Under the pieces are notes generated by a model. That model was not told the origin of the DNA. It saw nothing but the letters and a program-made list of their open reading frames with translations, and searched no databases. A stretch of 50,304 bases of DNA, from the IMG/VR virus record IMGVR_UViG_3300024999_000035, positions 128,001 to 178,304 of that record. The stretch is one strand, 5' to 3'. The stretch comes from a virus (Duplodnaviria > Heunggongvirae > Uroviricota > Caudoviricetes). Position 1 is the stretch's first letter, and each line of letters opens with the position of its first letter. The translations under genes and the position numbers were made by a program. Of this stretch, positions 7,934 through 16,699 are shown one piece after another.

Positions 7934-8085
7934 TGCTGTCTAGCATACAGACTGATGAGCTGCCTTTAGCTGAGTTAAGCTAGATCACGCATATTAAGTT
8001 GAGAAAGAACGTCCTTACAAGTCGGACAAGACTTGTGCTACTGGCTGTAAAACCACTTTGTAGCTGGTGTACTCGCTACCCTCCT
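7934..8085 (-). ncRNA. Candidate structured 5' leader RNA
   Basis: GC-richer than its flanks; hairpins ACAAGUC/GACUUGU (loop UUGUCC, can pair with downstream GGAC), UAGC/GCUA and GUCU/AGAC; follows a consensus promoter. Confidence 0.5.
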
Positions 8086-8117
8086 TTGTTTTATTTATGT
8101 ATTGTTTAACTGTCTTT

Positions 8118-8146
8118 ATTTTAATGGTTTGCAAGGGATATGTCAA
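8118..8146 (-). promoter_or_regulatory. SigA-type promoter for the leftward operon
   Basis: TTGACA-N17-TAAAAT. Confidence 0.8.
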
Positions 8147-8481
8147 CAATTATTTTTGCATTATTAGACGTTTTGTAGTCCTATTTTATTGTAGTGGATA
8201 TAGACACAATTCAAATGATTTTATTGATCTTGTGGTCTTATTTACCACATTTCGCTTCTGAGACGTTTAAAATGTATGCTAGGTAAGAATATAAAGGCCA
8301 GTATGTTTAAATCGCTTAGAGTGGCCTTTTTGTGGCTGTGATTTTGGTGTGATTTTGGTGTGATAGGGTTAAAAGTTGTGGAATTGATTTTTTGTGAGTG
8401 ATCCCGGCAAAACCTAAAGCATATAAAAATGGATTTTTAATGGGTTGGAGAGAAAAGAAAAAGAGCTATTTTATTCAGCTC

Positions 8482-9075
8482 TTACTCATAAAACATTTTG
8501 GAATTTTTAAACTCATTGACTTTGTTTTTAATAAATTGGTCTATATCGAATTTTACCATTTCGGTATTAATATATTGATTTGAGAAAGTACAAACTGTGT
8601 AATAATTGATATAACTTGTCGAGGGTATTTTTAATTGTTCGTTAATGTCTATAATTAGTTCAACGGTTTCCTTCCTGCGGTTTACTTTAGCAAGGAGGAC
8701 ATATTTTTTATATTCAACGTTACTATATGATGTCCTGTACCTTTCCCCTGCTTCTGATAGTTCATAAACCTTTTTAATGTTTTCTGGTAATAATGCAAGA
8801 AAATTTTCTTGACTGAGCATGTCTCGTTCCTTCTCTGCATTGTCTAATGTTGCAATGTAGCGGTTAAAACTGCTTTTGTTTTTAGTCTGGTATATTGTAT
8901 CATCTCCCAAAAATTCTTCAACTTCGATATTGAGTTTTTCGGCTAATTGCTTCAGATTGCATTTGTAACCATATTCACGGCTAGAGTTTGGATAAGTCAC
9001 ATAATATTTACTAGCCTTTTTTACAATTGATCCTGCAAACTTGGATTGCAATTGCTCAAGTTTTAACTCCTTCAT
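8482..9075 (-). CDS. Hypothetical protein
   Basis: Start re-called to ATG 9075 (MKELK) after AAAGGAG; TGCTATAAT upstream. Confidence 0.75.
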   Translation of the reverse strand: MKELKLEQLQSKFAGSIVKKASKYYVTYPNSSREYGYKCNLKQLAEKLNIEVEEFLGDDTIYQTKNKSSFNRYIATLDNAEKERDMLSQENFLALLPENIKKVYELSEAGERYRTSYSNVEYKKYVLLAKVNRRKETVELIIDINEQLKIPSTSYINYYTVCTFSNQYINTEMVKFDIDQFIKNKVNEFKNSKMFYE

Positions 9076-9320
9076 TGCGCCAACTCCTTTAATATATCTG
9101 ATATTAACATTATAGCACAGAAACAATAAAAATAGTCATGTTGAATAAAATTATTTTTACATTTGATAAGGTTTAAAGGGTTATATTTTGCCAGTGGTGT
9201 ATGTATATAGGGTATAGAGTATAAACCACTTAGAGTGCCATTTATGACGTTCTAAGGGTTATTTGATGCCTATAAGATATAGGTTTCGAATACAAAAAGA
9301 AAAAACCCTATAAATAGGGT

Positions 9321-9476
9321 TTAATATCTTTGATTTTCATAAGCATTTTCTACCATGCACTCTATTTCAAACTCTTCTTGGCCTTGTGCTTCTTGATCTT
9401 TTAAGCAATCTTTATAATCTTTACATTTATTACACTTATCAGAATATGTTTTAGGATTCCCAAAATCATCACACAT
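9321..9476 (-). CDS. Small Cys-rich protein (51 aa)
   Basis: Read by hand; AAAGGAG SD; followed by hairpin AAACCCTAT/ATAGGGTTT and a T-run. Confidence 0.65.
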   Translation of the reverse strand: MCDDFGNPKTYSDKCNKCKDYKDCLKDQEAQGQEEFEIECMVENAYENQRY

Positions 9477-9734
9477 ATTAAATTACTCCTTTTTATTTTG
9501 TTTGATTATAATATATCAAAATTTATGAATATTGTCTAGTGGTTTGTAAAAATTATTTTATTCCCCATTAAATTGGGCATTTGGATTGCTTTGGAATATT
9601 AATAACTGGCCTAAACTATGTTCTGCTACAACACAATAAAAATAAGTAAAATGTTGCTTGCTGCACGCACAAAAACACATATGTATTTGTAGGAAGGACA
9701 TTGGAAATAAAGAAAAAGGACTTATTACTAAGTC

Positions 9735-9911
9735 CTAAAATAACATACTATAATTATTAGCTTGTTCTATATCATCAAACCAAATTTTATTATGACATTG
9801 TGGGCATATTTTTGTATTGTCCCAATCAACGCCTTTTTGTATTTTGTTTCCGCAAGCTTCACATTCCCAGTGGTCTTCTAGTTCTATGTATATTACATCT
9901 TTATCCTGCAT
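9735..9911 (-). CDS. Small zinc-ribbon protein (58 aa)
   Basis: Read by hand; AAGGAGGTG SD; CEAC...CPQC. Confidence 0.75.
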   Translation of the reverse strand: MQDKDVIYIELEDHWECEACGNKIQKGVDWDNTKICPQCHNKIWFDDIEQANNYSMLF

Positions 9912-9989
9912 TTTTTCACCTCCTTCAATAATTAATTTATATTATCATTAATGATGGTATATGTCTATACAAAAAGAAAAGAAGTATTT

Positions 9990-10742
9990 CTACTTCTTAA
10001 TCTCTTTTACTAATACTCTAAAGTGCCAACACTGTATATTATAACCTCCTGCTGATATTGTCTCAACTTTTGCCTTTCCTAGTTCGCCTATGATATAACC
10101 GTTAATTTCTCCATTTAGGCCAATGTATAAGTTTTGAGCATCTAAAATCTTTCCAGTGATCTTTTTTACTCTTGTTACTAAAAATTGCCTTTTTATGTTT
10201 TTATCTTTTTCAATTTCCCTTTCTAATTCTTTTTCCCAACTATTTCTATAAAGTTGGTATAGTTTTAGTGTGAGAGAATGAAAAGAAGAGTTTAGTTTTT
10301 TAGCTTGCGTTTCGTGATCTATACCTAGTTCTTTTTGCTTTTCTTTATACTCCTTTCCATAGTGGTATATATGGGTTTCTTCCTGCCATAATCTGAATTC
10401 TTTTTCCTTTTTGCTTAACTCCTTGTGGTATTCTTTTAGGTTTTGATATTCCACTTTAAACCACTCAATAACTTTTATTTTCCATTCTTCTAAAAATTCT
10501 TCAATGACTGGAATTCGCTCAACTTCGTTTTTCTTCTGCTCTTTCTCCTGTTGTTTGGAAAGATTTTCTAATTGGATCTCTAAGTCTTTGAGTTTAGACT
10601 GACTTGTTTTTAAGTCATCTTTTGCCCATTTAAGATCCCATTCGTCGGTAATAGTTTCAATTTTCTTCTCTTGCTTAGTGATTAAGTTTTTTCTTTTCTG
10701 GATGTCTAATTGTTTTTTATCGATCCGCTCTAATAGTGTCAT
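9990..10742 (-). CDS. Coiled-coil phage protein (250 aa)
   Basis: AAGGAGG SD; C-terminal GEINGYIIG...VETISAGGYNIQCWHFRVLVK resembles a widespread phage hypothetical family. Confidence 0.8.
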   Translation of the reverse strand: MTLLERIDKKQLDIQKRKNLITKQEKKIETITDEWDLKWAKDDLKTSQSKLKDLEIQLENLSKQQEKEQKKNEVERIPVIEEFLEEWKIKVIEWFKVEYQNLKEYHKELSKKEKEFRLWQEETHIYHYGKEYKEKQKELGIDHETQAKKLNSSFHSLTLKLYQLYRNSWEKELEREIEKDKNIKRQFLVTRVKKITGKILDAQNLYIGLNGEINGYIIGELGKAKVETISAGGYNIQCWHFRVLVKEIKK

Positions 10743-10959
10743 ATGTATCCTCCTTAAAATTGATCATGATTAATAATACCATACAAATTAATAAAGTACA
10801 ATATAATTATTTCTATATTCAATAATAATTTTAAAAATTGCGTTCGTTCCATTTTATCATGAAAATTATAGATTTGTATATAGGTTTTAGAAAATTATTT
10901 TATAGTTCTGCTACCGATAAAACAAGAGATTTAAGGCATTGAGACAAAGAAAAAGAGAC

Positions 10960-11376
10960 TTATTCAGCCTCTTTAGCACCAACTAACAAATATTCGCCAT
11001 CACTACCAAATTTATAAGGATTTAGATACCCTTCAATTTTTACAACTGGCCTATTTTTTGTAGCAATAAACATTAGAGATACTTTATCAACATCATTATT
11101 TTCAATACCATAAATCTCCATTGTGGATACTCCATGCTCCGGTAACTGATCCCTAAAATTATAACTTTGTCCTGATTCTGGAATATCTCCATATCTCCAA
11201 CCTTTGACATATTCAGGAAAATCATAACCTTTATAACCACACTCAAAAAAGAAATTTAGAGTAAAATCAAAAAAGTAAATATCTGGTGCAAGATTGCTGT
11301 ATATAATGGTGCTTATGTCAGTTCCTTGGAGGGATTTTCCTTTGTTGTATGCATTAATAAAAGATTGGTTTGTCAT
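10960..11376 (-). CDS. Hypothetical protein, possible ADP-ribosyltransferase-like fold
   Basis: AAGGAGG SD; GWRYG...EHGVS...GSDGE pattern; function is inference. Confidence 0.6.
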   Translation of the reverse strand: MTNQSFINAYNKGKSLQGTDISTIIYSNLAPDIYFFDFTLNFFFECGYKGYDFPEYVKGWRYGDIPESGQSYNFRDQLPEHGVSTMEIYGIENNDVDKVSLMFIATKNRPVVKIEGYLNPYKFGSDGEYLLVGAKEAE

Positions 11377-11429
11377 TGGGTGTGACCTCCTTTATTGATA
11401 TTGAATTAGTAGATAATAAGATAATAAAA

Positions 11430-11458
11430 AAACCTATGATTTATTTTATCATAGGTTT
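11430..11458 (-). terminator. Intrinsic terminator-like hairpin
   Basis: AAACCTATGAT/ATCATAGGTTT followed by a T-run on the minus strand. Confidence 0.6.
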
Positions 11459-11485
11459 ATGGATAGTGCAATATTATTTTTATAT

Positions 11486-11803
11486 TTAATCCTGAAGCAA
11501 TCCAAGGTCAATTATTTTATCATCAGCAATATTTTCCGGTGTATTGTTGCTATCCACTGAGCATTCAAACCATTTGTCTTTTACATTTGATGCAGTAAGG
11601 ATTATAAAGGCTTCGCCATTTTCATTTTGTAGGATTGTATGATAAGCTGAATCTAATGGACTGTAGGTAGATTGTGTGGCTAGTGCTATCATTGTGTAGG
11701 AGTGATCGGAGTTTGGTTGTATTGAGGGTGAAGCTGAAGTTGTTAGGATTGAAGATGTTAGGAGAGTGAGGGAAAGGGTTAAGATAGATATTAATTTTTT
11801 CAT
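11486..11803 (-). CDS. Secreted/exported small protein
   Basis: Signal peptide MKKLISILTLSLTLLTSSILTTSAS. Confidence 0.75.
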   Translation of the reverse strand: MKKLISILTLSLTLLTSSILTTSASPSIQPNSDHSYTMIALATQSTYSPLDSAYHTILQNENGEAFIILTASNVKDKWFECSVDSNNTPENIADDKIIDLGLLQD

Positions 11804-11826
11804 TTTGTGGCCTTCTTTCTTTTATT

Positions 11827-12081
11827 TTATCTAAATACCAATTCTAGGTTTAAGTCTTTACCGTGACCCAATTTGATAGCATCGTGTAAGAGATTATACA
11901 CGGTTAATTCGTTGAAGGTATCAGCAGAAGTATTTTCAAATGCTACATGTTTAAATGCTTTTCTTCCTTCTCCAGTATAATTTTCCTCTAAATAGTTGAA
12001 AGCTTCTTGAATAGTTCTTTTACCGTTTAGGACTTTAGAAAGGATTTGATTGACTCCATTAGGCCAGTATGCTTTTTGCAT
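11827..12081 (-). CDS. Hypothetical protein (84 aa)
   Basis: AAGGAGG SD; TTTACA-N18-TATAAT promoter at 12124-12153. Confidence 0.75.
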   Translation of the reverse strand: MQKAYWPNGVNQILSKVLNGKRTIQEAFNYLEENYTGEGRKAFKHVAFENTSADTFNELTVYNLLHDAIKLGHGKDLNLELVFR

Positions 12082-12439
12082 TTATGTATTTCCTCCTTTT
12101 GATATTTATTTAGTAATATTGATATTATAGCATTGATTTATATTTATTGTAAAGTATTTATTTTAGAATTTATAAACATATCAAAGGAATAAGAAGAAAG
12201 AAAAGATTATTAGAAGTATAAATTCAGTCATTGAGCGAATAGCGAAATGCTGACATACGGTCTCGGATCACTGTATTTATTGAGAATTATAATATTAGGA
12301 TTTAAATAAATCTAATCAAAATTAATAAAGTTGATAAATGCTATTTTGAGCTTGTCTCAAAATTGAAAAGACGCTGTCAGCTAATGTTAGTTTTGATTTG
12401 ATTATTTGGATTAGTCAATTATACTATATTAAGGGTTCG

Positions 12440-12491
12440 TAATTCGTCACCAATATCTATATTAATATATATAGTTATTCATGACGAATTA
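12440..12491. repeat. 10-bp inverted repeat around an AT-rich core (ori-like)
   Basis: TAATTCGTCA-N32-TGACGAATTA immediately downstream of the helicase-like gene. Confidence 0.6.
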
Positions 12492-12494
12492 GAA

Positions 12495-14234
12495 TTATTT
12501 CTTAATTATATGATTAACTCGATTAATCTTTATTAATTCTATATTTAACTCATTAACTATTTTTTGGACAATATCATCTTTCCATAGTCTACTAAAATTA
12601 GTTGGTTTATATTCTATTTGTTCTAATAAATCATTAACTGGATATTGCTTATTAACATCTAACAATTTAAGTAATTCAATAAATTTATTACAATAACTAT
12701 TTTCTTTTCTCTCCTTGCTATCATATTTCTTTACTTTTTCCTCATGCAATTTAAAATTAACAACATTAATATCTTTTAGTTGTTGAATAATAACATTTAC
12801 AATCTCAATATCACCATTAATTAAATAAACGTCTGCTTTATCTTCTATATGCCCTGTTCCCCTATTAATTCTTTTAATCCCTTGATATATACTAGATATA
12901 ATATCAGTTTTCCTTAAACTCTCCAATGTTTCATTATATTTAAATCCCATGTTTTTATTGATTTTCTGGAATTTAAATTCCTCTTCGGTTGGCACTTCTC
13001 CTGTATAAAGCATATACATGAATATGTAATAGGGTGCTGGCATTACTGGCGTGTGAATAATAAAGCATTTATTAAAATCTTTCCAATCGTTCTTTCCTCT
13101 CATATTTTGGAAATTACTATATTTGATATTCTCTAGATGTATAAGTTTCTCACTGTAATTATTATTTATGTGTGCAATATCCTCTTCTAGTCCTAACACT
13201 AAAATATTATCCTTTTCAGCGCATTCCTTGATAATTAATGCCACAATATCTTTATAAAAATTATCATCATTATGTTTTGCTGTTTTGGTGCTATTAGTGT
13301 TAGATATATGGATAGTCCAATTATTATGCGGAAAAATGCGCTCTGCTTCATTAAGTTTGAATTGATTTCCTAGTTTGTATAGTTCGTGGAATTTTGCTGA
13401 TGCATCAAGAAGTATATTATTGTCAAGGAAGAAATACTTTAAATCATCATCAAAAGTATATAATGTTTTATTACTGACTAATACTTTAGGATTATTAAAG
13501 TATTTCTTTAGTATTTCAAGTTTATCTAATAGTTTAAGTTTATTTGTAAATATATTCTGACTATAACCTAAATGGAATTCATAATTATTTGTAAAAGGTG
13601 TTTCATTAACCATTAATTTTAACATATCAATTGCTTTTTCTATCTTTGTGCTAGTAAATTCAAAATATCTTAATGTTTTGTCGTGACATTGATCCTTCTT
13701 TTCAACTAATTCAGATATGATTCTATTGAATGCTACTTCTAAATCGATATACATATTTTCTTCAGCATCAATATATTTTAAACCTCTTAGGGTTCGTCTT
13801 AATATGTCTATGTCTGTATCTCCCAGAGAATCCATTTCAACCATATTTAATTCTTCATCAATTATTAAATTTGTACGCTCTGCTATGTAATATTTGCGTT
13901 TATGATAAGGGTCTTTACAGAGTTTTTTATACATTGCATGAGTAATAATGAGCACTTCATACTTTTTAAGGTCTTTCTCATATCTTTCCTTATTTTCTGA
14001 ATTCTCATCTTTAGCCATGTTTGGTTTAAATTTATTAAGTTCACTTGCAATTAGTTTTCCCTCATCAATAAATTTTGTTACAATTAAAGTTTTGATTGGT
14101 TTATTGTTTAATGAGTTCGTGGTGGCTGATAGTTCCTTTAGTGTTTCAATAATTGTATGAGTTTTTCCGATTGCTGCCTCACACATAAAGACATTAAATA
14201 ATTCTTCAATTTTAGTAAATATACTATTATTCAT
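12495..14234 (-). CDS. SF2 helicase-like / Rep-associated P-loop protein
   Basis: Walker A EAAIGKT, IITH, Walker B LIIDEE, LDASA, RGKND, YQGIKRINR; start re-called to ATG 14234 after AAGGAG, coupled to the upstream stop. Confidence 0.75.
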   Translation of the reverse strand: MNNSIFTKIEELFNVFMCEAAIGKTHTIIETLKELSATTNSLNNKPIKTLIVTKFIDEGKLIASELNKFKPNMAKDENSENKERYEKDLKKYEVLIITHAMYKKLCKDPYHKRKYYIAERTNLIIDEELNMVEMDSLGDTDIDILRRTLRGLKYIDAEENMYIDLEVAFNRIISELVEKKDQCHDKTLRYFEFTSTKIEKAIDMLKLMVNETPFTNNYEFHLGYSQNIFTNKLKLLDKLEILKKYFNNPKVLVSNKTLYTFDDDLKYFFLDNNILLDASAKFHELYKLGNQFKLNEAERIFPHNNWTIHISNTNSTKTAKHNDDNFYKDIVALIIKECAEKDNILVLGLEEDIAHINNNYSEKLIHLENIKYSNFQNMRGKNDWKDFNKCFIIHTPVMPAPYYIFMYMLYTGEVPTEEEFKFQKINKNMGFKYNETLESLRKTDIISSIYQGIKRINRGTGHIEDKADVYLINGDIEIVNVIIQQLKDINVVNFKLHEEKVKKYDSKERKENSYCNKFIELLKLLDVNKQYPVNDLLEQIEYKPTNFSRLWKDDIVQKIVNELNIELIKINRVNHIIKK

Positions 14235-14238
14235 AATT

Positions 14239-14523
14239 TTACTCCTTAAAGGTATTAGTTGTTCGTGTGCTTGTTGGTTTAGTGTTTGCAATATTGATTT
14301 TGTAGACATCATTAAAAGTATTATTCCTCCAATCGTGAAATTCTTTTATAGTTTTTTGTAATTCAGGACTATTAGAAAATATGAATACATTTAAATTTGG
14401 ATTATCCCTTGATTGCTCCATATTATGTAGTTTAAACCCTTTGAGCATAAAGAACCCACATAATTGTTGTGATTTGCAAACAAAAACAGGTGAATATGAT
14501 TTTGAATAATTAGCGTTATTCAT
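14239..14523 (-). CDS. DUF5659-like small protein
   Basis: SQQLCGFFMLKGF...NVFIF.NS.EL pattern; AAGGAG SD. Confidence 0.7.
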   Translation of the reverse strand: MNNANYSKSYSPVFVCKSQQLCGFFMLKGFKLHNMEQSRDNPNLNVFIFSNSPELQKTIKEFHDWRNNTFNDVYKINIANTKPTSTRTTNTFKE

Positions 14524-14671
14524 TGATAATTAACTCTCCTTTTAATTATATTTGATTTTTTGTTACTTGTATTGGGATTAGATTATAATAAGACTGATGT
14601 ATATTTTTACTCCTTTCAATTTATTTTGTAAATATTGTCTAGGAAATAAATTTGAATATCCCTAGAAGTTC

Positions 14672-14700
14672 ATTATAGCATTTATAGAAATGGTTGTCAA
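14672..14700 (-). promoter_or_regulatory. SigA promoter
   Basis: TTGACA-N17-TATAAT with TG extension. Confidence 0.85.
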
Positions 14701-14909
14701 ACATTATTTTATGGTTTGTTTTTTGTAGTGATCGGGAAGATTAGAGTTGATAATTATTAGTATTATAGGATTTGAGATTATAGCGGAATGTAGTTTATAT
14801 TGCTTTGATATGCGCTAGGATTGGTTGTGAGAGGGTTTATGTGATTAGATGAAGGATTAAGAAAAGAGACTCGTTAGAGCCTCTTAGTGATTTTATTTTA
14901 TTTTTGATG

Positions 14910-15293
14910 TCAACGTGCTGCTTCTGCAATTGCCGGAATGCTTTCTAGTTTAATTTGTTCTGCAAGTTCTATTAATCGCTTCATGCTGAATCTGTTAGAT
15001 TCTTCAAGTTCAGTTTCTTTTAAACTATTTGCAATGCTCCAGGAGTTACTAGGATTAATTTTGTGTGAGTAGGTTTCTGTTGAATAATAACCAGTGCCAT
15101 TATGGCGTTTAAAATATTTAATAGTGGTATAGAATCTTTCTGTTGTGGTTTTGTGGGTTAATTTCAGGAGGTTTGGGTATTCGTGATCGTATGATGGATT
15201 ATACATGTAGTTTGCTAGGTCGATGCGGAAACCGTTTGTGGTTTTGATTTGGGATAATTTTTTCAGGTTTGCAGGTTTTAGGTTTCTTGCCAT
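14910..15293 (-). CDS. Hypothetical protein (127 aa)
   Basis: ORF track; own promoter TTGACA-N18-TAAAAT (15350-15379); terminator-like hairpin near 14864-14886. Confidence 0.8.
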   Translation of the reverse strand: MARNLKPANLKKLSQIKTTNGFRIDLANYMYNPSYDHEYPNLLKLTHKTTTERFYTTIKYFKRHNGTGYYSTETYSHKINPSNSWSIANSLKETELEESNRFSMKRLIELAEQIKLESIPAIAEAAR

Positions 15294-15570
15294 TTGGATA
15301 CACTTCCTTTTTATTTATTTTTGGTTTGAATGATTTATGTAATTGATTTATTTTAGCATAGTATTTTAGGTTATGTCAATGGTGTATTTTATATTTATGT
15401 TGTAGGCGGATTGATTTGTAATAGTATAAAGGATTTATAAAGGTTGATAGATTTAGTATTAGAGGTCACAGGATGATGTTTAAGAGGTTTAGATAGGATT
15501 GGAGTATAATTCCAGGTGAAAGAAAAATGAGAGCGTTTAAGTCCTCATTTGATGGATTTTATTATTCATT

Positions 15571-15708
15571 TTAATCTTCTTCCTCTGTCGCTTCTAGTTC
15601 TATACCATCTGGTAAATTAAATTGATTAAAAATTTGATCTTCTGCGTCTTGTTCATTTTCTGCATTAATCATGATATAACCATTAAATTTTACTTTAAAT
15701 TTTTTCAT
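15571..15708 (-). CDS. Small acidic protein (45 aa)
   Basis: Read by hand; GAAGGAG SD. Confidence 0.65.
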   Translation of the reverse strand: MKKFKVKFNGYIMINAENEQDAEDQIFNQFNLPDGIELEATEEED

Positions 15709-15774
15709 TTTGTTCTTACTCCTTCCCTTACCATTTTATCTCTACTTTAAAAGTTGGTTTATCTTTCCTTATTG

Positions 15775-15999
15775 TTAATCTCCTTTCTTCATTGATTCTT
15801 CAAAATACTTATATGCGTTTTCATATTCTTTAGATAAACCATAAACGATAATATCATCATTTTGAATTTCTACCAAAATATTTCTAATGTATTCGAATAC
15901 CGTTTCTTTTAATATTACTCTGTGTATATATTTATGATCTTTCTTAAGATTTAATTCTACTATATTGTAGATCGATTGTATTTCTTGATCTAATTTCAT
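15775..15999 (-). CDS. Hypothetical protein (74 aa)
   Basis: ORF track; AAGGGGTG SD. Confidence 0.7.
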   Translation of the reverse strand: MKLDQEIQSIYNIVELNLKKDHKYIHRVILKETVFEYIRNILVEIQNDDIIVYGLSKEYENAYKYFEESMKKGD

Positions 16000-16176
16000 A
16001 TTGGTTCACCCCTTTCTATAGATTTGTATAATTAATTCTATATTATCAAATATTATAGCATATGTCAAACAATTATAATTATTTTAATATTGTAGGTTGT
16101 TATAAGTAAATTGTTATGGTGTTATAATGATTCTGTTATATGCAAAATAGACAAAGAAAAGGTAAGATTTTACATC

Positions 16177-16650
16177 TTACTTTAACTTCTTCCATTCTTT
16201 GTATAAATCTTTCAGTTCCTCATATTCTGATTTGTCAAATATTGCTATACTGTCTGAGTAACTAAATTTTCCATTTAGTTCTTCCTCTTTTGCAGGACAT
16301 CCTATCCAACTAATTTTAAACCCTGCATTTTCTTCTAAGTAATTGTAGCAATCGTCCCATAATTTTTCTGCTAATTCTTCGGTTTGTGCTGTTATGGTTA
16401 GGTCAAGATATCTTTGTTGCACTTGCTCTGTATTTGTATCTTCATTAAGTTCTTTATAAACCGTGTAAGATACTTTAGATGTAAATTTTTGTTTAGGAAT
16501 TGTCAATGTTTCGTTTTGGGAGTTCTTGGAAATGAATGTTCTTTTTCCTTTTAGGTTTCCTTGGAGTAGTTCGATTTCGTAACCTGTGGTAGTTTCTTCC
16601 AGGATATTTACTTTGCCAGCGTATCCTAAGAGGTTAGCTGTAGCAGTCAT
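16177..16650 (-). CDS. Hypothetical protein (157 aa)
   Basis: ORF track; AAAGGAG SD. Confidence 0.8.
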   Translation of the reverse strand: MTATANLLGYAGKVNILEETTTGYEIELLQGNLKGKRTFISKNSQNETLTIPKQKFTSKVSYTVYKELNEDTNTEQVQQRYLDLTITAQTEELAEKLWDDCYNYLEENAGFKISWIGCPAKEEELNGKFSYSDSIAIFDKSEYEELKDLYKEWKKLK

Positions 16651-16699
16651 ATGTAAGCAACTCCTTTATTAATTCAACTTGTTTATTTATTTTAACATT

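Noticed and set aside
7950-8015. CTGATGA...GAAA on the plus strand as a second hammerhead
   Set aside because: Stems II and III cannot be formed around the core, and it is antisense to the operon.
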